Shown piece after piece: positions 10,477-22,503 of a stretch of 64,000 bases of DNA. The position numbers and the translations under genes were made by a program. Origin of the DNA: Eledone cirrhosa (Eukaryota). The stretch is from positions 258,292,001-258,356,000 of the forward strand of contig OZ024743.1 of assembly GCA_964016885.1 (NCBI GenBank). Reading direction: 5' to 3'. The notes beneath the pieces were generated by a model that was not told the origin of the DNA, did no database searches, and saw only the letters and a list, made by a program, of their open reading frames with translations. How positions within the stretch are numbered: position 1 is the stretch's first letter; each line of letters begins with the position of its first letter.

Positions 10477-12384
10477 TGTACACATATAGAAGACACTTGC
10501 CCAAAGTACCACATGATTGTGAAATGAATACCTTAACCTGACACACACATGCCAGTACGTGTTATTTATGAATTTATTAATCATTCACATTGAAAGTAGT
10601 GAGAGTCTCAGTATGGTTGCTGTCCAAAAAGTGAAACTCCAGTGGAAGAAAAAGAAAATGTTTGTCTGTCATGCTGTCATCACTGCAGCTTCTATCATCG
10701 AAATGAGATGGAAAGACAATAAAAGGATGCCATTATTTCATTTGCACCTTCCTAGTATGAACATTCTATTAACGTAATGTAATGTTTTTATTTCACAGCA
10801 TCATCATCATATCCCTTTCTTGCTGTCTTGTATGTGTCATTAATTTTATCTGCCCATTTCTCTTATACTTCCAGGGATTCTTTCATTAAAATACTTCTGC
10901 ATCATTTTATCATCAGCTCGCTGCCTGCAGTGATTCTAATAACCAGACTCTCTGCACGTTCAGCATTTTAAGAGATTATATACATTGCTTTCATAATTAC
11001 ACAAATGATAGAACATGCATTCATCTTAATATCAAGAGTCTCTTTCAATTACAAAGAAAATGAGAATAAACTTCAATGCTAATAGATTATAAGTATCTAC
11101 ATTAACACTTTTGATACCAAAGCACATGAAACTGCCCCATTTCTATGATGTTTTAACGTGTTTATTTTTATCTAAAAACCTTCAAGTATATCGTAATGAA
11201 AATTTAAAGCTTTTGTATTTATCTAAAAACCTTCCACCTTAATTTTAAGTAATAAACTTTATTAAGTTATACTCCAAACACTAGCTTAATAACGACAAAG
11301 TTTTATTTCTAAATCCCTCTAAATCCTTGATTATTTTCAAAATTATAGGCAATCTTTCATTGGAAATATGGTAATGAAAATACCTTCTCTTTTCCTCTAG
11401 TGATTTGATACTGACCAGACACTGACCTCATTGTTTATTTGTCAGCTCTGTTTTGCTTTGTTGCCATCACACATGCATCATACCAGCAGAAATGTTTATT
11501 TCCTGTTGCATGGGCTGGCCTAAAATATGTAGTCCTTTCTTTTGTGTGTAAATCTATATGGCCTGATGCATTGGTACTTGTCTTGTGATTTTTGTAACTT
11601 TCATCTCCACTTATTTTCCTTATCACTCCTCCATACTAACACACTCCTATCTTAATCATTAATACTTTTCACTCACCGGACCTCACAAGTTTCTCTCCCT
11701 TTTTCTCTCTGTCCTTCTTAGTTTCACACTCTCCTCTCGTGGCTAACACTTCTGAAAAATGATAGAAAATAGTGGCTACTGAGAAACAAATTCCATATCT
11801 TTCAGGAGCAGTAGCCATAATAGTAGAGGGAGAAGCTAAGAGGGATAGAAAGAAAAAGGTAGAAAGAAGGAGAGAAAGCTGTGAGGTCTGATGCGTGAAA
11901 AGTAATTAAGAAAGGAGTGTCTTCACATGGAGGTGTGGAAAGGAAAGGAGAAGAAAAAGGAAAATAAGTAGAGATCAAAGCCTTTAAACTTTGTGTGTAC
12001 GGAGCCAATCTTTCGTGAAAAGTAAATGGCAAACAACAAAGCACACAATACAGTATAATGAAGATATTTAGTAAACGCATGATATATTAGGAAAAGTGTT
12101 TATGTCTTAACGTTTTGGGTGCTAGTCTTCCAAAAAATTCAATCTGGAGGTTTACTTTTTTTCTTACTAAAATTGTCATCTATAAATAATAAACTACTGA
12201 AATTCAGTCATCGCATATAAAATATTGGTTTGTAATACGAAATATCAACTGCTAAGTTTAATTCATAAGTATCAAAGTTAATATAGGAAATTTTTTTTAA
12301 TCATTTTCATTTTATTGGATGTATGTATGTAATATATATACAGTATATGTATAAATATATATAAAACACACACACATATATATC

Positions 12385-13470
12385 ATTATCATTGTTTTAC
12401 ATCAGCTTTTTACCATGCTTGCATAGGTTGGATGAGTCTTTTCCATCTCTACACTTGTCACATTCCTTTGTCATCTCTTCTGTGAGCTTCAGCAATTTGA
12501 GATCAGAACTTCTGCCCAAGTCTTCATCGGTCTTCCTCTTCTGTAGTCTCCTTCAGAGACCTGTCTTTTTTTCCTATTTAGTTTTTCTCCGATTTTCTCT
12601 AAACTCCTTTGATTAATATTTGTTGTCAAAGCTGAAATTTCTTCTCAAAATCTTCCATGGATTCGCATGTAACAATCAGGCCATCAGCATGTAGAAGTTC
12701 CAATGGACATCTAACCTTAAACTCCTCCATTACAGCCTACAGAACTCTAATAAACAAAAGTGGGCTGAGGACTGAGCCCTGATGGACACCTGCCTACACA
12801 TTGAATTTCTCATTAATCTCATTACCTATTCTCACTTAAATAACAGCTCCTCTGAACATGGCTTGCTCTGCTCTTACAAGCCATTCTTCTGTGCCTTGTT
12901 TTCTTAGAGACCACTAGATAATAGATTGTGATACTCAAAAGCATTCTTTAGATCCCCAAAAGTTAGATATAATGGCTTACACTTAGTTAATAATTCTTGT
13001 AGTTGTCACACAAAGAAAAGGGCATCTGTAATGCTCCTTCCTGATATAAAACCAAATTACCTTATCTAATTTAATTCTTCTCTGTGCTGAATCTCATACA
13101 GTCCCATTCATAACTTTGTCCATCAATTTTATGGCTCTGTTGCTGCTCCTTTCTAGTGTATCATCTTCTCCCTTGTAACAATTAATAAGTATGCTGCTGT
13201 GGCATTCATTGCATATGACCCCATCATGTGTTTCCCAATTGATTATGCACGTGACTAATTTGACTCCACCTTCCCAAGAAGAATTCATCATCACATCAAC
13301 TATATCTGCCAGACTAGTGGTTTTACGAATTTCATCTCCTTGATAGCTTCTTTAACTCTACAACTGTCAATTTTGAGAGCTATTCCCTCTGTTTGGGCAG
13401 TAGTGTGTTATCTCCCATTCTCCACATTCATCAACCCCTCAATAATATTTCCAGGCCTCTTTACTAATTA
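12385..13470 (-). pseudogene. Highly degenerate RTE RT/3' fragment
   Basis: Residual INCYKG.D.LERS..RAIKLMDKVM (ORF 13094-13294), GVHQGS.LSPLLF and ELL.ADG motifs. Confidence 0.75.
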
Positions 13471-13512
13471 CACTGGTATCCTTTTTTATACACTCCAACC
13501 CATATATATATA

Positions 13513-15388
13513 TCTAAAGTATAATAAAGTAAGGAGTGCGGGACTGTATATGGTTTATTTATTTTAATCCAGTTTGTAAAATAAGTTGGATTACTTTGAA
13601 TAAATAATGAATAAATATTACATAATTTATGTACTAAATTAAATTTAATATAAATATTAATATAAATAATGTTATTGTTTATTTAAAATTGACTTCTTTT
13701 CAAAGTTTCAAATTTCTACACTTCCGGTATATCATCGCCACCCCCACTACTTCAACTACCATATATATAGAAAGAGGGAGTGTGTGATGAGAGAGATACA
13801 GATAGAGTGATTATGATTTTCTACATGCAGACACTATCTATGTGTATGTGCACATGCATACATCTGTATGTATGAGTATATAACTATAATCGCGCAAACA
13901 CAAACTTATAAAAATACACGCTCACGGACATACATTCACACAAATACAAATACTTTCACACAAACACACACATACAGTCATGCAGTCAAGATAGCAGCAT
14001 TCGGTGAATTGGAAATGGGAATGTAAAACAAGTATAACGTTTTATTTATTTATTAACTCTTTTTTTTTAAACTCATTTAATATAATGGTTAGAGAACGAA
14101 AACACAAATAAATATAATATATACAAAAGAAAAGGAAAGGAAAAAAGGAAGAGAAAAAATACACAAGCACGTAATGCACACATCTAAGACCACATAGGCT
14201 GGATAATGTAGTTAGCTAACAGAACACAGTATTTTAGGATTTTGTTCAGCTGCGGATGCTGTAGCTCTCACCCATACCACTGCATCCAGGATGTGGGGAA
14301 AAGTAAAAGAGTCACTAGCTGTGACGTCCCAGGTAAGACACCTGCCTCTTGACCAGGAGCACAGAGTAAGACCATCAAGTCTTTTCCCATCAATTCAGGA
14401 CAACCCAGACAGTTCCAAAATTGAGGGGATGTTTGCTTGAGCCAAAGCTCTTAAGTGGTAATAGGACAGTGTGTGTATGTGCACATGTGCTTGTGGCATT
14501 CTTAAATTAGAGACGTGTGTGTCACTGTTTTTAAGTTATACATATATATGTATGTATCCCTTTCCTTTCTTTTACACACACATACATTCACACAAATACA
14601 CATACACATTGTATGATGGACAGGTGGACAGAAGTCCCTCAAATTTATATACATGTAAATAGAGTTCTACTGAAGCAGTTAGAGAAGTTCAAGTATCTTG
14701 GAGCCGTGTTCATGAGTGATGGAATGCAGGAGGCTAAATTAAGTGGAAGAATTGTAAAAGCTGATGCAGTAATGCACGAGCCTCAGCAATCAAAAGAAGT
14801 AGGTGTAAAAGCCAAATTCGCTGTCTTCCTGGTATTCCTGCCAACTCTTACTGAGGATCATGAATCTTGAGTAATGACCAAAAGAATACAATTTCAAATA
14901 AAAGTGGCAGAAATGGGATTCCTCCGAAGGGTCTTTGGAGTAACGTTACTCGATAAAGTGCCTATCTCAGAAACCAGAGTGTCACTCCTGGTAGAGCAGC
15001 TACTTCTCCGAATTAAGAGATCACAACTCCGATATTATGAGCATGTGGTTAGAATGTCTCAGTAAAGAATCACTGGACACATTTTACAGACAAAACCAGT
15101 CGGCAAGAGACCCAAAGGTAGACCCTGAGCAAGATAGTTGGATAACATCCATGAGCTTGCGTCACACTTTGGGATCCAGCTGGATCAGATAGAGATGTTT
15201 GCTACTGACAGACTCGCTGGAAGGAGTGTTTGAGAAGGACTCTGCCCCCACGACCCTCTCAGAAATAAGTGGGTGAAGAAGATATTGTCGATTTACACAT
15301 TCTATATGCATATATATTTGCATATAATACCAATATTCACACTACACATACTAGCAGAAAACCGCCCGAAGGTTGGTTTTTCTGCTAG
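13513..15388 (+). mobile_element. Non-autonomous Helitron-like element containing a nested RTE fragment
   Basis: 5' TCTAAAGTATAATAAAG. 13513-14120 is homologous to 3527-4139. 3' terminal hairpin ending CTAG|T at 15388 is homologous to 4585-4651. Confidence 0.6.
14640..15285 (+). pseudogene. RTE (BovB/Expander-like) 3' coding remnant, a distinct family
   Basis: LKQLEKFKYLG, PTLT..HES, AEMGFLRRV.GVTLLDKV, RSQLR..HVVRM and GKRPKGRP. Confidence 0.75.
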
Positions 15389-15429
15389 TATAGATAATTA
15401 ATAAAGGACAACAGAGTTTTCAAATGGAA

Positions 15430-15610
15430 AACCCAGCCCCACACTGTAAATGTGGTTGGTGTTAGGAAGGGCATCCAGCTGTAGAAACCCGCCAGACAGT
15501 CCTATGCGAGCAAGACAACCACTCTTGCCTCAAGTGGGAAAACCCCCGTCCGAACCCATGCAAGCGTGGAACAGGGACGTTAAACGATGATGATGATGAT
15601 GATGATGATG
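15430..15610 (+). mobile_element. RTE family A 3'UTR end with (ATG)n tail
   Basis: Matches 50070-50250. Confidence 0.8.
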
Positions 15611-16579
15611 AAAACTATTAGAATCCTTTACAATTATTTCTGTGCAAAAGATCCTGTCTACTTTCATAATCATGAACTTTTTTCAAGATCCCACATATTT
15701 TCCTACTTTGAAAAATTTCTTGGAGAATATCTCCATATTGTGTGTGTCTACTATGCATACATACAAGTTTACACATATTCTCTCTCTTACACATACCAAA
15801 ATGAAATATGGAAGACTTAAATGAATCAAGCCAAATATTTTTTATTCATTTATTTTATTTGTTTCTGTATATGTTTTTAAAAAATAAAACCTTGTCCTTA
15901 ATTTAATCAAATATTTTCATGAAACATTTAAAAGAAATGTTGTTAATATGTCAAGACTTAACCCAGAATAATATTTAAATTGTCATCTTGTACAACTTCT
16001 TGTATTTTTACAAAAAACATTGGAAATTTCTTCATTTAATTAATTTTTTATGAGAAATTTTATTTGACCTTCCATTTTATTTTCATTATTTTTCTTTTAG
16101 ATATTCTTCAGTTTTAGCACCACCGCTTTTGGTTTATTAATTTAAATAAATTAATTACCATTTTTTAAAGATCAAATAAAATAAAAATGGAAGAGTGTTT
16201 GGCAAAGTTGATGAGGACCAAGAAAAGCTAAGTCAATGTATGTGGGTGTATTTGTGTGTTTACACACACACACACACATATAGTGAAAAAAAAACTCTTA
16301 GAAAATTATAGAATTCTACAGAAATGATGTTACATAGGAAATATAATAATAAAGGATTGAAGATGCACCTAATATTTGTGTGTGTGTGTGTGTGTGTTAG
16401 TGTTACATGTAGATTTATTGTACACAATGAAAAGAAAGTACCTAATACAAAATGTTCTTAAAATAGATGTTTGCAGAAAGTATCATGGTTATCTAGTATG
16501 TTATTTACTAACTGGTTATCATTCATCATTCATTTTACCTGCTAGCATGGGTTAGTGTATATCAGTACCATTATCATTT

Positions 16580-16800
16580 TGTTTACTATCCCACGCTTGC
16601 ATGGATTGGATGGGCCCTTCTCAGTTCAGCATCTCTCCACTTTTCGTATTTCTTTGTCATCTCCTCTGTCAGCTTCAGTAATTTGAGATCAGCTCTCACC
16701 ACTTCCATCCAGGTCTTCCTTGGTCTACCTCCACTGTGGCTTCCCTCCTCTGGGATTACTTGGCACTTCTTTCCCCAGCAATCATCATCCCTACCAACAC
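16580..16800 (-). mobile_element. Degenerate RTE 3' end
   Basis: GRPRKTWMEVVRADLKLLKLTEEMTK in ORF 16586-16927. Confidence 0.65.
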
Positions 16801-18394
16801 ACTCTTTAGTAGTTATATAAATATATATTAAATGTTGAAATTCAAACACAGATTCACTACAATGATAATAGAAGATAAGGTAAAATACTCTTAGGGACAC
16901 AAAATACGTGGCCAGCAAATCCTCCAAATGCTCTAATATATATCATCATCATAATCATTTAACCTCCATTTTCTCTGCTAGCAAATATTGGATGGGTCTA
17001 CATAGATCATGTCAGTACTGAAGCAGGGTTACTGACTTCCCATCTAGCTTACATATGATCTCACATACTACCGAGTGCACAGAAAAGGTTGTCATGTCTT
17101 TGACATAACTGAAGGGTTCTTCTAACCCTTTGTGTAGCATGCTTTCTATGGTTGATATCCTTCCTACCACCAGCCACTTTACAGCATATACTGGGTGTCT
17201 TTATTATGAAGGTCACCAACACTGAAGCGTCCTCCCAAATTTTATTTTCAATAGACATGGTTTTTATATATATATATATAATTATCATCCATTTAAGGGT
17301 TGGACAGGTCTTTTCAGCACAGATTCCCTGTATGTACTGTGTCCTTTGTCATCTCCTCTGAGAGCTTCAGTGAATTGAGATCAACTCTCACCAGATTCTT
17401 CGCCACCCTCTACAGCAGCTTCCTCTGGGTTTATCTTGGCACTTCTTCATCCAACAGTCATCATCCATACACATTAGATGTCTATACCAAAGTAGTTTTT
17501 ACTCTTGCAATCTACATTTGATGATTTTTTATTCTTCTTATGACCATTTTGTTCTCGAAGCCCATCCACTGAAACCTGCTTGCATCATTTTTTCTCCGTC
17601 TTTGTATCCACTGTTGCTGTTTCACTTCCATGCAACATCGGACTTAGCACTCAGGAAAGCACAACATGTAACATAATATAAACACACATACACACACACA
17701 CATATATATATATCATCACCATCATCATCATATATATATATATATGTATGTGTGTGTGAGTGTGTGTGTGTATGTATATATAGTTCAAGATAAACAGAAA
17801 TGCAATAGGTCAAAGAATAAATTTCGAAGAAAGAGGAAGCTGGAATATTTTGGAAAAAGAAGTTTTATAAGGATAGGTGTGGTGGGTAGGTAAGTAAGGA
17901 GATGGAATCAGAAGGGAGAGCAAAGCTAACTAAAGGTTGAAAACGGCATTAAAAATGGAAATGGAAAAATGAAAGAAAGTAAAATTTTGCAGTAACATTG
18001 AAGAAACAACCTGTGAAATGTTGAGAACTTTTTAACTGTTGACTTAACAGAATTATCATTTCTGTCTTTATCTATTTACTGAAAATAACTCAATGTAAAT
18101 CTAGATTGGGGTGGAGGAGGAATACCATTTGCATAAATCTTTGGAGTTTGTCATTGACTAGGGTTTCTGAGTGAGTTTTTTATTTTATTTTATTATTTTT
18201 GAAATTTTTGTTCTAAGGGAAAGTTGCCTAACTAGATTTAAACTGCTTATCCTGTCTATTACAAGACTATTTGTCAGAATTTGTTTGTGAGAGAGGGAAA
18301 TATCTTTACATATATAAATTCTTCAAGCTTTGGTCAAGGAATACCTTGACACATATATATATGTATATACACATGTTTATATATATAAATATGT

Positions 18395-18686
18395 ATTCAT
18401 ACATACACACACACATGTATATATATATATATATATGTACGTATGGATTCACCGAACATTTATTATAATGCTCGGTGTGTTTGTAAACAAACATCCCGTA
18501 TTAAGCCGTAGTGTCCAACAACCATCGTTGGTCGTTTGTTCAACACTGACAAAGGAACGCTGTACTAGTTTCAAGCTTATTAGCTATCGTCAGCAATGTA
18601 TACCCTCCTGCTAGATTGTTGAACGAATATACTTACCTTATGCATATTAACGGCTGAGTAGCCCAATTTGCATATCGAGTGGGTTT
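18395..18686 (-). mobile_element. Hammerhead-containing retrozyme-like unit, partial copy
   Basis: Reverse complement matches 57541-57820. Hammerhead at 18557-18599. Confidence 0.85.
18557..18599 (-). ncRNA. Minimal type-I hammerhead ribozyme (retrozyme-like family)
   Basis: ACATTG-CTGACGA-TAGCT aata AGCTT-GAAA-CTAG-TA-CAGCGT. Confidence 0.8.
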
Positions 18687-18954
18687 ATCATCATCATCAT
18701 CATCATCTCATTTTACGTCCACTTTTCCCTGCTTGCAAGGGTGGGACGGGAACTGATTCTGGCTTGATTTCTACAGCTGGATGCCCTTCCTAACACCAAC
18801 CTCATTTACAATGAGTGCTGGGTGCTTTTTTGCCGTGGCACCTCCATGACCACTTTGCAGTGGAATGATAGGGACCCCAGTCCCTATCATCTCATTTCTA
18901 CAGCTGAGTAAACTGGAGCAATGTGAAATAAAGTGTCTTGCTCAAGGAAACAAC
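18687..18954 (-). mobile_element. CORE-like SINE with RTE-derived tail, 5'-truncated
   Basis: Matches 52478-52743. Confidence 0.8.
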
Positions 18955-18973
18955 ATATATATATATATATATA

Positions 18974-19358
18974 TCATCATCATTATCATCACCGTTTTAC
19001 GTCCGTTCTTCCACGCTAGCATGGGTTAGACGGGTTGTCCTGTTGTGAGCAGTGTCTGGTCGGCTGACCATGCCTTGCTCATACAGGAACTGATTTGGCT
19101 TGATTTCTACAGCTGGATGCCCTTCCTAACACCAACCTCATTTACAGTGAGTACTGGGTGCTTTTTCGTGGCGCCTATACATCTACTTTACAGTGTGGGC
19201 TGGGTGCTTTTTTGCCATGGCACCTCCACGACCACCTTGCGGTGGGGTGTGTGGGGGCATATTGTCTATATGCTTCAGCTTGTACCCATGGGAGGTCGGG
19301 TACTCTGTATTACTGCATGACGCCAGAAGTCACGGTCGTATGTCATTGCCTTTGAGAG
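18974..19358 (-). mobile_element. RTE family B 3' end
   Basis: Matches 6646-7035. Confidence 0.85.
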
Positions 19359-19444
19359 GCATATATATATAAACACATACACACACATGTATATATATAT
19401 ATAAACACATACACACACATGTATATATATAAACACACACACAT

Positions 19445-19475
<31 letters not shown>

Positions 19476-19644
19476 ATTGTCCCACCCTTGCAAGCAGGGA
19501 AAAGTGCACGTAAAATGATGATGATGATGATGATGAAGACAGAATTTAAGCATATGAGAGTTGTATATGAAAACATATCATCATCATAATCATAGTGTGT
19601 TTATATACAATGGATATAGAGTAGCCTCTCTGCTGAAGAAAAAG

Positions 19645-19722
19645 ATTTTTTCGTAACAAAGCAAAAAGAAATTTTTCGTAACAAAGCAAAAAAAATTTTT
19701 CGTAACAAAGCAAAAATTTTTT
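19645..19722. repeat. Three tandem copies of ~25-bp TTTTTCGTAACAAAGCAAAAA
   Basis: Direct inspection. Confidence 0.8.
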
Positions 19723-19768
19723 TCTGTATTTTCCTCTATGAATATATTATTGAATTATGTTCTGCGAA

Positions 19769-19815
19769 TGTCAGATAATGCGGTTTCAAGATTTGTTAAA
19801 CTTTCATCAGTGACA
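19769..19815 (-). ncRNA. Minimal hammerhead motif (separate family)
   Basis: Minus strand TGTCA-CTGATGA-AAGTTT aac AAATCTT-GAAA-CCGCATTA-TC-TGACA. Stem I has 5 perfect pairs; loop III is not palindromic. Confidence 0.6.
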
Positions 19816-19859
19816 ATCACTCGAAACATACTGGCATGAAAGAAACTGTAGTCTATATA

Positions 19860-20290
19860 CATCATCATCACCGTTTTACGTCCATTCTTCCTGCTAGCTT
19901 GGGTTAGACAGGTTGTCCTGTTATAGGCAATGCCAGGTCAGGTGACCATGTCTTACTCATACAGAATTGATTTTGGCTTAATTTCTACAGCTGGATGCCC
20001 TTCCTAACACCAACCTCATTTACAGTGAGTACTGTGTGCTTTTTTACCATGGCGCCTACATGACCACTTTACAGTGTGGACTGGCTGATTTTTGTCATGA
20101 CACCAGCATGACCACTTTACAGAGAGAGGGGGGCTTACTGTCTATATGCTTCAGCTTGTACCCATGGGAAGTCGGGTCTTCTATATTACTGCATAATGCC
20201 AGAGGTCTCAGTCCTGTGTCATCGCCTTTGAGAGGTGCAATTAGGCAAGGTCAGCTTTTATCACCTCATCGAAGTCTTCTTGTGTCTCCC
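19860..20290 (-). mobile_element. Diverged RTE-B-like 3' end
   Basis: Similar to the RTE-B 3'UTR and to 51395-51856. Confidence 0.75.
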
Positions 20291-20539
20291 AATATATATA
20301 TAGTGAGTGGCTTAGAGAATTGAATTCACAATTGTGAGAGTGCATTAGGTCCTTGAGCAAGATACTTTATTTCACCTTGCTCTTTCTGCCAGAATTTGCA
20401 ACTGATAGATAGTATCAGCAATGGAAAAACCATTGTTTTCTTCATTCAATTTGATGAGTTATACCACAATCGGTAAGCAAATGAGGCCTGGGATCTTGTC
20501 GATCAAATAAAAAATATATATATATTCACACACAAACAC

Positions 20540-21150
20540 ATATGGGTACACAAGAGATGTGCGATCTCAGGCAGACTAGAAAAAAATGTAGGTTTTGTAT
20601 GTGCACAGGAGCAGTAAGTAGCAAGAACTCACAAGAAACAAACTCCTTTAAATGCTTAGATGGCTGCATAAAAGTAGATATCTTCTGGTATCTGGAGCTA
20701 CTACTGCTGCAAGCTACAAAAGGTTTTTCCCTCAAAATAAAAGGCAGATTGTATGATGCTTGTATAAGAACAGCAATGCTGCATGGAAGTGAGGCCTGAA
20801 CAATATGTGCAGAGGATCTACAAAGACTGGAAAGAAATGAAACTTGCATGGCTCTAATGGATGTGTAATAGTAGTGGGCATGAAGAACAAAGTGTCAATG
20901 AACCTAGAGAGAAACTGAGCATAAGAAGAGTCAGATGCTATGTGGTTTGGATATGTGATGCATATGGTGGATGAAAGGTGTATAAAAGAGGCAGGACACT
21001 CAAAGTTGACAGGAAATATGAAAGAGGAAGACTTAAGAAAACTTGGTAAGTGATAAAAGCTGACCTTGCCCAATTAAACCTCACAAAACAGATGGTACAG
21101 GATTGAGATCTCTGGCATTATGATGAACTGAAGAGGATCCACCTTCCTAT
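20540..21150 (+). pseudogene. Degenerate RTE C-terminal fragment
   Basis: KGFSLKIKGRLYDACIRTAMLHGSEA. Confidence 0.8.
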
Positions 21151-21836
21151 GTGCACAGGATGAATCAATCATGTTCAACACACTAGTTTGCACCAATCTT
21201 ATGCTCATTACCACTCCCCTAGTTTTATTACACTCCATTACCCATCCCTTCCTCACCAGCTAAATAATCCATGCACATCACCCATGATCAACTTAGTTGT
21301 TTCCTCCAACCGTCACTCCTCACTCCTGATACACCAAATATACAAAAAAACAATAAATCCACGCAGTATGGTGATTCTGTGCTACAACAACAAAGCACCC
21401 AGTCCATCCTGTTATATCATTGTTTTGGTGACAATGAAAAGTAGCCAGTCCAAACTGTGGCTGACGTTAGGAAGGGTATCTAGTCAGAAACCTGAATTGT
21501 CTCATAATGTGACAATCTGTCTAACCCATAAGAGTATGGTAAAATATACATTAAACGGTGTTGATGATGATGATATGCAGTGCATGCATTATAGAATCTT
21601 GAGTTGATCAATTGCGTTGGTTGAAGCAAGCAGAATTTTGGCTGCTTACTAAATCGTAGACACATAAAAAGATAACACACACATACACAAACTAGATAAC
21701 ACTACATGCAGCTTTGACGGGGAGGGTCATTTTGAGGGAATTGGGGGGGGGGGGGGCTAAACAGCCCCACACTTTGCCATGGCGATTGGACTGCATACCC
21801 TGCTTTCCAGGTTACCCTTTGCCACTGATATATATA

Positions 21837-22165
21837 TGGAGGCACATGGCTTAGTGGTTAGAGCATTGGCTTTGCAATCGAAAGGTTGTGAGTTCAATTT
21901 TCTCAGGCTGGGTGATGTGAGCAAGACACTTTATTTCACATTGCTCCAGTTTACTCAGCTGTAGAAATGAAATGATAGGGACTGGGTTCCCTATCATTCC
22001 ACTGCAAAGTGGTGGAGGTGCCACGGCAAAAAAGCACCCAGCACTCACTGTAAATGAGGTTGGTGTTAGGAAAGGCATCCAGCTGTAGAAAGCAAGCCAG
22101 AATCAGTTCCCGTCTCACTCTTGCAAGCAGGGAAAAGTGAACGTAAAATGAAATGAAATGAATGA
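21837..22165 (+). mobile_element. Full-length tRNA-derived SINE: tRNA head, CORE-like body, RTE-B-derived 3' tail
   Basis: A box TGGCTTAGTGG, B box GAGTTCAATT, body GAGCAAGACACTTTATTTCACATTGCTCCAG, and 3' GGTGCCACGGCAAAAAAGCACCCAGCACTCACTGTAAATGAGG shared with the RTE-B 3'UTR. Confidence 0.8.
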
Positions 22166-22217
22166 ATGAATATATATATACATATATATATATATATCCA
22201 TATATATATATATATAT

Positions 22218-22261
<44 letters not shown>

Positions 22262-22503
22262 ATATATATATATGGATATATACATATATATGTCTATATA
22301 TATATATATGTCTATATATATATATATGTCCATATATATATACATACCTTATAATACACACACACACATATATATATATATATGGACACATATATATATA
22401 TATATATATATATAGACATATATATATATATATCCATATATATATATATATGGACACATATATATATATATATATATATATAGACATATATATATATATA
22501 TAT

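Noticed and set aside
21840-21910. tRNA gene
   Set aside because: A/B boxes are present, but no full cloverleaf, and it continues into a SINE body.
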